Below, piece by piece: positions 1 through 13,766 of a stretch of DNA of 64,000 nucleotides; positions within the stretch are counted from its first letter, which is position 1, and each line of letters opens with the position of its first letter. Source of the DNA: Balanoglossus misakiensis (Eukaryota; Animalia; Hemichordata); assembly GCA_040954595.2 (NCBI GenBank), contig CM082577.2, positions 2,232,001-2,296,000 on the forward strand, read 5' to 3'. The position numbers and the translations under genes were made by a program. The notes beneath the pieces were generated by a model. It did no database searches and was not told the DNA's origin. It saw only the letters and a program-made list of their open reading frames with translations.

Positions 1-3000
1 CTCGTCAAACGGCGGACTCAAGAGGGCGGCATCCTCTTGGATCCGGACAACATGCAAGTGAGGTGGAAAGACAAGGTGGCGTTTGACGATGCGGAGCTGC
101 CGGGCACCAGCGTCGGGAGGAAACTCAAAACGACCAAATCGCTGGACCTTCTGTCGTGCGCATCAGACGAGGAAACGAGGAAGGAACTGTCGTACAGCAA
201 ATCTGTCGGGGATGTCCCACAGTGCAGCACAGGGGCTTTGACGACGAATGCTCCAGACCGCAAATGTACGAATGAAAGCACACCGATGAAGTCGTCGGGG
301 TGTAGTGTAAAAGCCAATGACAAGAGAGACGAGAACTATTCGCATAAACGTACCTCGCTTGATGTTAAAATTATGCTGGACCAAGACGATTCAGCGCAAC
401 AAAGGAATCGCCACGTTTCGGAAACCTTCACGTTCAGTACTATAAACAGCGAAGATATTGAAGCAGAGGGACTGCTTAGTAGTCATACGGAGAGTGCGTT
501 TGAAATGACCAACAGGGTAAGGCTGCTCTAAGGCCAAATAAAAAAATATGTGCTGTTCCGATTACCCGACCTAACCTAATTTTAGCTTGCCGACCCTTAA
601 CTTTTTAGAGCTTCGTAAAGCGGACGTAAAAATAACGATAACTTGAAATATGTGTTTCTTCCTCATCTCGTAGGCCAAACTACCCAGAGGAATTGATAAC
701 ATTCGACCTCACATCGAACACGTTGATAATGTGCCACTACTAGTCCCATTATTTACAGACGCAACACCCAGCGGTAAGTTACCCTAGCAACACACTGCTA
801 GTTCAGAAGTAGTTGGTCAGTCACATCAGCTCAGTTGTCGACTCTTTATTGTGACTGAAATTTCCAATGGGGCAATATGTTTTCTCAGATCTGCAGTGTG
901 ATATATTTGTCTTCAGAAGAATTGACTTGTTGGTTTGATTAAAGTACTGCTACGTGAACCCTGGACAAAACTTGAAGATTGTTAATAACAGCTCTTTTAT
1001 GGGTTTGATTTTCAGCATGCAGCGAGATGATAGCCATCATGCAAGAGTACGGTGAGATTGTCTGCTGCTTTGGGAGCTCGGCAAATTTCTACAACACCAG
1101 CATATTCTTACAGGCAGATTTAAGGCAAGGAATTCTCCCTAACTAAGGTGTCTGTAATGACATGTTTCTCTGTAAACAAATGCCTCAGGATAAAAAGAAC
1201 ACACTTTTTACTTTCTCCTTGTTCTCCCCTCCAACAGCATTGGGCTGGAACCACTGCACCCACAGGTATGTCAGCAATACAGTCAGGAAGAGTACCTGAG
1301 ACACTGCGACAGTTCAACTCAAACGCACGGACTGCTCCCGCTGGATCTGAGTCACATTCTCTCCTCCCTTCCCTGTTCCTTGACTTTTCACCGAGAAGAC
1401 AACATCAGTCTGGTTTACTTGGTCAAAGAGGTGAGGTGCAGCTTCTGTTGTTATCAGGTTATGGCCCTGTAAATGTCTCTGGACGAATATTTGAAATAGT
1501 GTATACATGTTTTGGCAATATGGTATGTTCTTTTCTTCATTGACAGGCGCGAGGCTTGACCCAGGCGATCATCAACTGTTTCATATTCCTGATGAACTGC
1601 CAGGTGGCGATCTCATTCTTGCAGCTGATAGCTTGCCTCCTAGTCCTGCCGCAGCCAATGACAGGAAGCCACATTCTGTGGTTGTCGGGCGTAGTCGTGC
1701 CGTCGCTTAGCCTCTCTTTCTTCGGCACACCCGTTGATTCCAAGATTATGAAAATGGCGCCAGGGAAAAATCTAAATCACTGGGATGGACAGGTAACTAA
1801 TGGGGGAAATAAATATAACCTCAGGCAGGGTGAGATTGAGGGAATTTGAATCTGTTAGATTCTTCGCAAAAAGGAGAACTGGCTTCTCAGGGACATTAAA
1901 AAATTGTAAATACTGCTCCATTTTCTCACTCCAACCTTTTGTATACTTTAACCCACAGGTGGTGGGCCAGTACATGCTGTATTTTCTGTTCAAGTTTATG
2001 CCGTCCATCTTGATATGTCTCTTGGTGTTTGCGTTGTGTCTCAACTCTTTCTGTGTGGACGTGACAGGAGATCAGTCAGATTGTCACCTGCTGCTTGGTC
2101 AGAGGTGAGAAACATGTCAAAAAGGACAGCATTAATAATGCCACTCCTGATTTTGGGAGAGCTAGAAACATTTGTTTGCATTATTGCTAGCCGTACAATT
2201 GTACAATTTCTATTATTTCTGAAATGAATCTAATAATATACTGTAGAAAAGTAAATTCCCAGTACCAGAAAGTTAGATATGATTGTGCATCCTTGACTTA
2301 TGTTTGTTTCTCATCATATCATGATTGTGGCATGTAAAAGATTGTAAAAATTCAGATTGTACATTTTGTTGAAGGAATAATACCGAGTCGTGGAATGGCT
2401 GGAGATCGGATTACGCAGAGGGTGTATTGTTAGCACAGAACTTGCTTGTATTCCTTGTGGTGCTGTATTTTGGTATGTACATCTTCTAATTTCTGTGGTC
2501 ATTGTTGTTATTATGTATTTGGGGACAAATGATTGACAATACAGCCAAACCATAGGCTTGTATGTGTCGGCCATCTTGGGTCTCTGTACCCTCATTTGCA
2601 TACATATTGATCAGTACACATTGAAACATATTGTACAATAAAAAGAACTCAAAGAGTTACTGCAACAGGTGAATAATTATGGAATGTTACACTTCTGACT
2701 TCACAGTGTGTATCTCTGCCAGTTTTGTACATCCTCTGAAACTGTTGTGGAAACAGCATCCCTTCAAGAACAAGCTCTGGTGTGTGATTGCACCCACAGT
2801 GTAAGTAAAATCAGAAGATGGTAGGTTTTACGACCAACAGTGGGTTCATACAATCATTTCACTGTTCGCACTTGATTGTAGTATTTTAAACCATCCCTGA
2901 CACATACCACCACCATCAGCCATCAAAAGTGGTGTGGATGTACATTGTGAAATGTATTAATACTTACATCAGTGGGTATTTTCGCCACTTAAGCATGATG

Positions 3001-3467
3001 CAATGAAATTGTCGTCTAGTATTTGCCATTTCACAAAAGGCTAAATATAAAGCTGCATAATACTAGACCTTGACTTAGTTGAATTTTATTTTTTTTGTTC
3101 TTCAGACTAATTTTACAAGTGGTGTATTTTGTGTTTGACATGCTGATTTGGCGGACAACTCAAGACCCTGCCTATGAGTTTGATCTCAGTGATATACCAA
3201 TGCCAGCGTGGTCAGTGGCATTCCTATGGCCACTTCCACTTGTCTTGATATCAGAGATCATAAAGATTTACGAAATAAGGTACAATTCATTATCTTCATT
3301 CTCTTTAGGATTTAATGTGGCTGCTGATACATTTTGTATTTGAAGTTATACACCATCAGCTAAAACTGACCGTAAACTCATCTTTTCTCAACAGTTTACA
3401 TGTGCGTAACCAGAAGCGTGCCAAGCTGCAGTTTGGAACCAAGCTGGGGATGAACTCTCCATTTTAG
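1..3467 (+). CDS. TMEM94: Transmembrane protein 94 (KIAA0195), 3' part, multi-exon (5' end lies outside the window)
   Basis: Exons include <1-516, 674-773, ~1016-1124, 1238-~1430, then further exons to the stop at 3465-3467. They translate to NR|AKLPRGIDNIRPHIEHVDNVPLLVPLFTDATP...EMIAIMQEYGEIVCCFGSSAN...LQADLSIGLEPLHP and end LHVRNQKRAKLQFGTKLGMNSPF*, matching the remembered TMEM94 motifs AKLPRGI..DNVPLLVPLFTD and C-terminal QKLQFETKLGMNSPF. Confidence 0.95.
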
Positions 3468-5354
3468 ATTTTTACCAACCACTACAGAAACATCTCTCCT
3501 TGTTGTGGACCTTGTTTCTTTATTAACTCTGTGGCACTATTTACATGCAGTAACTTCACCAACATTTTGACAGCTCAGTTTATGTGAGTCCATTGCAATA
3601 TATGTGCTTTGAATACATGTGTAAGGATCTTCCAAGATCCTCAAGTGTTATGTCTGCTTGAACAATGAAATGAATGCGAATTCATCAGTTACTGGGACCA
3701 ATTTCTCTCTCTGCGGAAAATTGTTTGAATTCCTGTAATTGCATTTACTGGGGCACATTCCCGCTCAATAATAAAGGAGGTGTTCATATTGTGGTGCCTT
3801 AAGTAAAGGTAGTTTGTAAATAACAACAATTTGTGTGGAAAACAAATAAGTAAGATGGAGTAAATAATGAGTGAGATAGGGAGCTCTACGCAGGAAGGAG
3901 CTCAATATGCAAATGATCAGGTAAAAATGCACAAATATGCAAATGTTGTCCACATGTGGAATATTGACATTGCCAAAGTACATATACCTCAAGCAGAATT
4001 TTTTAAAATAAAATTGTATATGCACATTTTGCGCACTGGTAGGAGAGTTTAGCATAGATGTGTATTCCTTCTGTGTCAATCATAAATATATTTGTGCAAC
4101 TAATTTCAGAGGGTTTTATTTCTGTGACTGATGGAAAAGAAGAGCAATGCTTGCAATTTGTATACTGGAGAAAGAGGTGGTGCTATTTCGAAACTGGAAT
4201 GTCATGCATTTTGTTGTTTTTGTAAATATATATGTCTTGCAAAAAATTGTGATATGTGGAATATTTTTACATGTATAAAACGAAGCTGGCAAGCCAAGAG
4301 TTTTGCAGATGTTTTAGATAGTTTGAATCACTTTTCCACCTTGTACTGTGAAGTATACCCAGAAATTTTGTAAATAGGAGTAGCAGACAATCATGGTCAT
4401 TTTACTGGTTTTTGTCAATTTTTGTGGAACCATACAGGACATGTTGTAAACGGATCTCTTTGCAGTTGTGCAGGGCAATTGTTGAAATCAATGGAGTGTA
4501 TTGGTGTGAATTACACTTGGTAGTGGAATGCTACTGCCTTTCTGTGGAGATTATTGTAGCACCCATTTTCACAGCAACGGAATCTTGCTAGCACCAACAG
4601 CAAAATATGCTGTGCATCAGTTTACTGTATTAAATGATACATGTAAATGGCCGTCATCGTAACAGGTAGAGCGTTGACTTAACTTGTTTTCGTGATGTGA
4701 ATACTGCCTAGGAATATTTCTGTTGTGTACAGTTTATTTTTGTGAAATAAAATTGTATCTTTTGTACATATTGCAGCATGTAATAAAGGATATGTGTTTA
4801 TTCCCTTGCATTGATGTCTGTTTTAGTGATTTATGAAGAAACCAAACCAATCCAGGCCACCTTGTGCGCTTGTCCAAAATTTCTAAAATGTATATTTCAG
4901 AAAGGTTGACAACAAAAACAGCAGATATCAATAACTTTGGTTCAAATATAATTTATTTTGGAAAAAAAAGTATCAGCTTTACAATTCTCAGTGATAGAAT
5001 ACGCTGTATACAAAGCTCAGTTGTATCAGCCAGTCAAGATGAAGTATTTCAACTTGACTGAAATTTTGTATACAGTATAGTGTACTTCTACATGATCCAA
5101 AATTTGCAGCTGACGGGCAGATTGGGTATTTATATTGAAGTTGTACTTCACACACAGATCCTGTCCATTTGGCCAAGTTCAATGCATACACACAAAATCC
5201 TGATTATCAGGTTCTGTTTTTAATCACATATGCCTCACTGTACATTGGTATATCTAATATGTTACAATGGCAATGATACTAGGAAATGAAGCAATATTGG
5301 CCAGTGCAAGTGTCCGTCTAACAAACGACTATTGTCACCACATGGAGAGTAGGA

Positions 5355-7223
5355 TCACCACCACCGATAATGCGCATATGCCTTGTTGGCGTCGGCCTGC
5401 TTGTGAAGGTCCAGTTTCCTCCTGATGACACTGCCCTGAAATATCAAGAGGGTAAAAAATACGAGTAAATGAATTGGCAAGGAACTGTCTGTGTGTACAT
5501 TTTATTGGGACCTCTGCCAAAAGCACTGTACTACAGGACAGTTTCTAAAGTCATCATCGTCACTATCATCATCACCATCAAATATTGGCAGCCAGCTGGT
5601 AAACCGCACATTTCACACAACACTTTATTACCATCGAAAGCCACTTGAACGACAAACTCACTTCATTGTGGAAGGCATTCAGTAATTCTCTTGATAATCT
5701 CTCAGGCAGATGTTGCAACCTTGGCTTGGGTTTGTTTCTGGCTTCATCTAGCAGCCACTTCATTGCCAGGAACTGGCGTCTTTTATCGTTGAGTGGCACT
5801 GGTACCTGAAACAGACAGAGTGGAAAGGTTTGTTAGAGGGCACACCGGATCACGGTACAATGTAAAGCTTACTGACATAGTTTCAGTACCACAATACTGA
5901 CCTGGTAGGATTTCCCTCCTCTTTTGATGGAGGTAAGACCAACAACTGGCTGGCAGTTCTCCAAAGCTTTGTGAAATATCACTGTGGGGTTCGTTTCAAT
6001 CTTCATCTTTTCGCTCTCAGGTGCTTTGTGGTATTTCTCCACCTGGACTCTCTTGACAGCTTCAAATGTCTGCAAATAAAGAGAGAGGGGGAAATACATG
6101 ATATTCCAGAAACAAAGAAGGCTAACAAGTCATCACTTGGGTCATGAATGTCATCTTGCTTTAAGGAATACTAAACTGATAGTACCATGAAAACAAATGA
6201 CCTACCTGTCTGAGCAAATCTCTTGCCAATTCCTTTTTTCCAGCCTTCATTGTAAGGTTGGTGAACTTGCTGAAATTTGATGGTGAGAATGAGAGTTACA
6301 CAAATGTGTTCATTTTAACAAGACAACTTTGAAGTTCTAATAAATCCACAATGAACTACATTTACTACAAAATACAAACTGCTGTAGCACTGAATTGCGG
6401 GACACAATAACGAGAAATACATACAAGTCACTTACGCTATGACTGGATCATAGAAAAGAGATGACGTCTGGTTATTCTTTGCTGCTTTGATAGGTATGGC
6501 TATATCGTGTGGTAGGGTTCCACCAGGCTCTTTGTATACGTCTTTTTGGATAACTGGATCTGCATATGTGTTGGGATACATCGCAAAGCGTACCTGCTGA
6601 GCTCTGGAATGAGGAGACCAAAAGAAAAGTGTCAGGGGGAATCACTTATTTCACTTTCAATATGCATAATAGTATGCTTGTTAGGAACTGATATACATGT
6701 TGTAAACTGGCAAGCTTTGCATGATGAGTTATACTAAACACTTAATAAAATTGGTGTACACCAAATGTTTCATTTGAATAAGTGTTGACAATGTACTATT
6801 CGAAATGTTTCCAATAGCGCCCCCACGCTACAAGTTGAAGTACCAGTAGTGATAGGACAAAATCGATTATGCCAAAACACCTGGTCAAGTGTGATGCCAC
6901 CAATGCGACCATACCTTCGTATTTCTATTCAAAATACATACATTTGATGCGACAGTCATTACTCAATTTTGACCATAACCACCCTTTTGATTTTATGTGG
7001 TGAGATACACGTAAGCCATGTGCATTGCAATGCATTTGGTCCAACATGGACACAATGAATGTTTCCAATCGCAGCTGGGACAAAACGCATTTACTAGATA
7101 AAGCGCTTAATTCTATAATGGGAAACGAAAGTTTACTTACAAAGGAAACGATAGAGCAGCTTTTTCTTGACAACATTTCCAGATGACGGTCCGACAGGCA
7201 CACAAGTGCCTGGTAAGCGCCAT
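5355..7223 (-). CDS. MRPS7: Mitochondrial small-subunit ribosomal protein S7 (uS7m), 6 coding exons
   Basis: ATG at 7223. Exons give [57 protein letters not shown]...[19 protein letters not shown]...[27 protein letters not shown] and [26 protein letters not shown] (TGA 5357-5355), the typical uS7 C-terminus. Junctions are GT-AG. Confidence 0.96.
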
Positions 7224-7539
7224 GTTGGATGGTCACCCAGCTTTCAGAAGAAAAAAAAGATGGAGAAAACATAAGTCGCCTAGATTATTACGCGGGAATC
7301 CAGATCAGGAAACCGTGTTCTTCTTTTCAAAATATGAGTCCTAAAAGTACGGAAAAATATACATTTAAGGAGTATAAAGTCACATGTTTTCATGTTTTCG
7401 TACTGTGAAAGAGGCATTATATGTATAATTCTCACTGAGTTAGGGCGTTATAGCGGTCACACATGTAGCTGTACCACACCATATTCTGAGCACTGATTTG
7501 CAGGAAAATGAACACGTTTGAAAATTGTCTTGGTGAAAA
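7224..7539. promoter_or_regulatory. Putative bidirectional promoter between MRPS7 and RSAD1
   Basis: The two start codons are head-to-head and only ~316 bp apart. Confidence 0.6.
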
Positions 7540-10500
7540 ATGAACTTCTGTAAATATGAACCCCACCTCAAAAATATGTCACGTCTGGTCAAAGTCTCAG
7601 AATGTTGGCAACCCATCAGGAGTTCAGTTGCCATGGTAACAACAAGAGGATTTCCTCAGAGTGGTGATGATGATAAAATTGGAACGTCTTACTCATGGCA
7701 AGACAGTGCATCCCTATACGTCCATGTAAATAGATTTATTTTATTTTATCTAATAAAGGATTTTCATTACCATACGAAATATATAAATAATAAAACAATT
7801 AGATGATATTATAATCAATATCATTTATATTGAGTTTATTTTCTCCAACAGTGGCCATACTGCAAGAGGCGTTGCACATATTGCAACTTCAATAAATACA
7901 TAAAGTAAGGCTGTTTAATTGTCAAGTATTTCTGACATGTGATGTCTAGCTAGTTTTATACTGAAAAAGGAGATTTATTAGCAACCGTTGGCTAGCATAT
8001 CCAGCAATTTGAATCCTCAGGTATATTGTCTTAACCACAATGAGAAAATCCCCTTTTCTGTGCCTTTAACCATAAAATAATTGTGGTCTTGACCCAATGA
8101 CCTATATTAGAGTCATGGATTGTGCTTTTATCCATATTGTAAAAAAAATCTACTCCATCATAAACAAATTGTGACAGCTGGTATACGTTATAATCTTGTA
8201 TAAATTATTTTTTTTGTTCATCAAAAGCACTGGTTCATGAATTCAGAAAACTAATAATTTGATTCATGTCGTGATACAATGCATGTATTTATGTTTCAGT
8301 TCTAATGTAAATGAGGAAAGGATGAAAAGATGTCTAGAGACAGAAACTGCGACTCTGTTACAAAAGAGTGGTGTGAAATACATAACATCCATTTTCTTTG
8401 GGGGAGGTCTGTATATTGTAGTCGTTCATTTGACACCATCAGATATTTTCTATCCAACTCCATTTTACATCAGTTTTGAATGTGCAAAGTATGCTGCATG
8501 TGTGTGCCTAGAATTGTTTGTCATTTGAAAGTTACAATGTATTATGATCAAAGTCAGATTTTCAAAGGATTTCTGTAATCTTAGTTTGTCATCTGATTCC
8601 TTTTGTGGTGTTTCGATCCATAAGGCATTTATGTGTTGGCCATACGTCCTCCTTTTTAATAGGAACTCCCAGTCTAGCTGCCCCTTCCACAATATCTGGA
8701 GTCGTTGATACAGTTCAGAATTTTGTAAAGCTTGAACCTGATGCAGAAATCACCCTGGAAGCAAATCCCACCAAATTGGAAATGCAGAAACTGGGGTGAG
8801 TGTTTGTTTCTTGGAAGGCTATCATGCAAGATATAGAATGTATCAGGAACGCCATAAAGAAGTTTTGGTGATTTGATATTTGGAGGTAAAATACATGAAA
8901 GTATGTTTCATACATTACACTATCAATCATTACAATACATTACAATAAAAATAAATTATTTGCTCTTTGTCAGAGATTTCAAGGCTGCAGGGATAAATCG
9001 ATTATCCATTGGGGTTCAAAGTCTAAATGATGAAGATTTAAAAGTTTTAGGGAGAGACCACACGGTTGAGGAATCGCTCAGGTATGTTTATGTCTGCAGT
9101 GACAATGTTTACTTCTAATTTCATCGAGCACCTTCACAAGGAATGATTGCTACTTTATGGTTTACTTCCCTTTTTCTGTCAGTCCTTTGTTCAAAAAGTG
9201 TCAGGATAACATGAAAAAAAAAGAATTATCTTGTTTAAGATAAAAAGAAAACAACTTCATTTTACTTTTACTTTTTATTTTTTATAGGTGTCTCAGAGAA
9301 GCCAAGCAGGTGTTTCCAGGAAAGACTTCTATTGACCTTATATTTGGTAGACCGGGACAGACAGTTGAAAGCTGGAGAAAGGAATTAGAAATGGTAAAAA
9401 AATATAACGAAAGGCTGGTGTTAGTGGGAAATATATCAGAGAAAATATTAAAAACATGGTATCAAAACACACAACACATACTACTTTCTATGATTTTTCC
9501 CATAGTAAATTTTTATGTACAATTGAATGTTTTTTGTGTACAGATGATTTGCATATTTTGATTAAAACATGCAGTTATCATTCCGACATATGAAACTTTT
9601 GTCAAGAAGGCATTTTTACCAAAAAGTCATTCCAGCTGTTGTTTATGATGTGAGGTCATTTAAGGTCATCTGTGCGCACATCAAACAGACAGCAGGCAGC
9701 TTTCCGAATGTGTATCTAATGGTCTTTTTTTCCCTCTCCCACAGGCTGTGACACTTTGTGACGACCACATTTCACTGTATCAGCTGACATTAGAAAGAGG
9801 CACTGCTCTGTTCAAACTGTGTGCAGCTGGGATGCTGGTAAAATAAAGTAACTGAATCATTTTGGGTGGGGAGATCTTTTCATTTCGATGTAACTTTTTT
9901 GTCCCCTTTGACTCTGGGCACATGTGGATTTCTGCAGCCAGATGACTTAATTAGCAGAGAGAAAGCCCACTTTCCTGTGGAGAAATGAAATTCCATTAAT
10001 TCCAACGCACCGACACGTGTTGTAAAGATAAGTCGAACCAGTGGGATGGCTGTTTGGTGTTAGTGCACACGTAGAATTATAGGCCACATTCCACGTCTTG
10101 CCAGTCAAAAATGTTCCTGTTGCACTATGTAAATCAATCAGGTGACCACTTCTGACCAATCAGCAGAAAACTTTGTCATTGCACATTACTTATTGTACTG
10201 AGATGACATAATTTTGTGATTTAGAATTTTTAGATATAATGAACAAACAGAGAAATCCTTTATGGCAGACAACACCAAAGCTGGCATACACTCATATAAA
10301 GCACATCATTAAAACTAGTTATAGAATTCTATTTGAGAGAAAATCCTCTAACAAACAACATATTTTTTTGTTTTTAGGCAATCCCAAATGATGATATAAT
10401 GGCTGACATGTATGAACTAGCAGTTGGAATATTGCATAGAGCTGATCTATTCAGATATGAAGTCTCGAATTTTGCCAGAAAAGTAAGCAGAAGTAATGAT

Positions 10501-12523
10501 ACATTTTATTCTGTGTCAGGTAATATTTTTTGTAAGAACATTTATTAAGGAAGATATGGAACCTCAAACAAAACTGACCCTTTAACCATACCGGTACTAA
10601 AATGTGAACAAAAAATGTGATTGTACTGGTAGGCTGCTTCACATTTCTAATATATCAGAAGTTGTGTTTTTGTATAGTTTACATATGTTTTACAGTATTA
10701 ATAATTCTTTTTTTTTCCCTCAATTTTTTCCTCAAAGGGTGCAGAGAGTAAACATAACAGAAATTACTGGACTGGAGGGCAATATATTGGTGTGGGCCCA
10801 GGTAAGCTGACCAGTTTGTGAGAAGTTTTACATGACAGTCGTGTATTTTGATAGTTATGTGGGCAAAGTTAAAGTAAGCTTGAAAACTGCTATATTTTAA
10901 ATTTCTTGAAAGTTTATTAACAGTTGATTTCCACCTTTTCCCAGGTGCTCATGGACGGTTCATCCGGAGAGGCGACCGGCAAACCCGGAGAGAGGCCAGG
11001 ATACAAACACTGGAACCAGAAATTTGGATGAAAGAAGTGGAAGCACGAGGGCATGCAACCCGAAAATCCACACCACAGACCCATCTCACTGTGTATGTAT
11101 GATAAATCATAAATCAGGATTATTCACAAATTTGGGTTAAAAGCCAGCATATTGATCACTTGAATGAAGCAATAGTATTTTTAATGTCAAAATGTTTGTT
11201 TTTGACTATGAAAAATTACAGCAAATTGTGTGTTGGATTAATTGCTTGGTATCTTCTTTTTAAATTGTGTACGATGACCCTGAATTTTTATTTACAATAT
11301 TGTGAGAGAATAATAGGTCTAGTTATAAATACAAAAGGGTAAACTATGCATTGCTGTGTTTTTTATTGAATCCCTGTGAAGCCTGGAAGAACTACTCATG
11401 CTCGGTCTTCGCACAAAGGAAGGCGTGACTGATTCAAGATGGAGACAGTTTTCAGATGGTGTGAGCCTGCAGTCCATATTTGGCCATTCTGAAATCTTGA
11501 ATAAGTTTATAGAAAACCAATTGCTGGAACAATTCAGTGGCGAGTAAGTGTTGTTGTTTTTCGCCTTCACCAAAAGCCCTTGTGTGCCTGAAGATCAAGT
11601 TGAAAATTTTCTTTTGTATTCTTCATTTTCTTCCATATGCCCACATTTCTTTGACTGTGGATACATTTGAAGTTTCACGTTCTGCAATTTGTGGTTTACA
11701 GCATAAATATGCTGTCTGTTTTCTATTTTAAAGTACCTGCCTGATGCAGTTTTTTTTATTTGTAATTTAAATCAGTTGATATTTGAATAGGATTATGAAC
11801 TGATTACGTGACTGAGCTTTTAGCACTTTAGTCTGATAGTTTGAATTTCTACCACACCTTGAATGACACAGCATGTACCAAGCCACGCACTTAGAATATA
11901 TTATTTGACGTCATACAGTTTGTTCAAAAGTTTGCACTAGTAAATCTTTTTTTATTCTTAATGCGCCTGATATCCATTGTGACCATAGCATTTATGTAAA
12001 CACCGTACCAGCACAGCCATAACACAAATGGGCCTGTTTGTAGGCATGTGTTGGCACAGACCAGCAAAAGACCTTTTGCAAAGCAACACAAAGGTCACAT
12101 ATGAATTACGACAAATTGACCAGAAGTAACATGGCTGGCATATTTCATGGTATAATTATAATTTCAATTTAATTGTAGGTTTACTTTGAAATCATTTTGA
12201 TAGTTTGAATAAATTGATGTTGATGTTGATGTATTATTTTTGTAATTATCTTTTTATTGATAGAATATTTTATTTTTAAGCATGTTTTACTTCCTCATTT
12301 CTTCAAAATGGCTCTTCAGATTTGTGGAAAACAAGAACACATGACCCTCAGTCATGTTTTATCTGCTATTAACTTGAAACAGTTTTCATGGTTGATTTGT
12401 TTTTCTGTTTTTTCCAGGTGTTTGCAGGCCACTCCAAAAGGGCTGTCTCTGGTTGACAGTATTACACCTGATCTCATCCTGGAATTGCAGAAATATCACA
12501 AAGATTTCATGTCTGGCTCATAG
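7540..12523 (+). CDS. RSAD1: Radical SAM domain-containing protein 1, mitochondrial (HemW-like heme chaperone), about 12 exons
   Basis: SLYVH|[17 protein letters not shown] carries the CxxxCxxC motif (exon ~7852-7904). Further motifs are SIFFGGG|[93 protein letters not shown] and [14 protein letters not shown]. The exact start Met is uncertain. Confidence 0.93.
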
Positions 12524-13399
12524 AATGTACTACCCTACATTATTTCATCATCTACAACTTTTTGTTTTTTTTTCAAAAAGTTTGGATGTTTCCATATGTA
12601 AAAATAAAAGTTCCTACTTTCTTAAATGCATAATAAAGTGAGTATTTTTATGTAAAAAAATATGTTACAGTACTGTGTCATTAGTTGACAGGCTGAGAGA
12701 AGCTGTCTTTAAATTTCAGGGAACTACTCATGGTCTTTTCTTTCTTTTTGTGGGCGTATTTCAAGATATGACATCATCATCCTTGTTTTATGTATGCATT
12801 GCAGATTATAATATATGATCAACCTTAAATACTTCTACAAATTGACCAATGCCTTTCCCCGTGACCTTTAACCTGTTCCTTGGGCTTCACCTTGCTCTTT
12901 AATGTGAGTTTCATGTGTGTAAAAATCGTGACAAATCTCAAAAGTTGTTTTCCCCCTTTCCTTGAAATGGCATGCAAGTTTATACACAACCTGAATCGGT
13001 CTAAACTCATAGTTCATTTCATCGCCTGCAGAACTTATGTCCAGATTTACAAAGAAATCGGGAGACATAGAGTTATCAGAAACTTTTGTAATATTTTACC
13101 CTTTTTTATTTTGTGATACTTTTTATCACTTTTCACACAAATTTGGAAAACTATGTAAACCAAAAAGTTTGAAATATGCTTTGATTTGGGATGACCATAA
13201 ATAGACTGGCAATTTCCTTTATATTCTCTAAAACAGGCTTGTCTTACAGACGCACAGTGGTGTCTTAGTTTTAAGTGCGTCATCGTCCTGTCTGGTAATA
13301 ACACACTTCCTAAGTTAGTACATAATTTTCGGGAAAGGGATATTCCTGTGTGAAGCCCAGCCCAAACATCCGGGTACTTTTTCAATGTTTTGACTTAGT

Positions 13400-13766
13400 G
13401 TGGGCATGCGCATAGACGGCGGCAACCACAGGCCGATGGAAGTAAATAATGGCGCTCGGTGTAGTCTTGAACAACTGACATACCATGAAGAATCGTATCC
13501 ATCCGACCGCTTCTTTTATAGTTTTACATCTCTCTCACAGCTTAAATTAGAGTAGAAGAACCACTCTTGTGTCTGACGTGGTCTATATCATTTTGTCAAA
13601 CGTAGGTAAGCAAGTACAAGGAAAGAATTGCAGCTATCCTTCTGGGTAGGCGTCTATGTCTCTTTCCGCTTGTGGACGTCATTCAATTGATTTCTCATGC
13701 ATATTTTCTTGTGGATTTTTCAGAGTCTGAAAACCGGGCCGTCGCGTTCGAGCGGTAGACAACAAA
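13400..13766 (+). promoter_or_regulatory. CK1 promoter and 5'UTR with a non-coding exon and 5'UTR intron
   Basis: NRF1-like GCATGCGCA at ~13404, YY1-like AATAATGGCG at ~13445, donor cgtag|gtaagc at ~13605, and acceptor ttttcag| at ~13723 upstream of ATG 13767. Confidence 0.5.

Noticed and set aside
528-610. Possible one-ended MITE fragment in a TMEM94 intron (taaggccaaataaaaaaat...ccgacctaacct)
   Set aside because: It resembles common invertebrate MITE ends, but no partner TIR or TSD is visible here.
4733-4802. Opposed AATAAA signals suggesting overlapping TMEM94 and MRPS7 3' ends
   Set aside because: AATAAA is frequent in this AT-rich stretch, so the true cleavage sites cannot be chosen from sequence alone.
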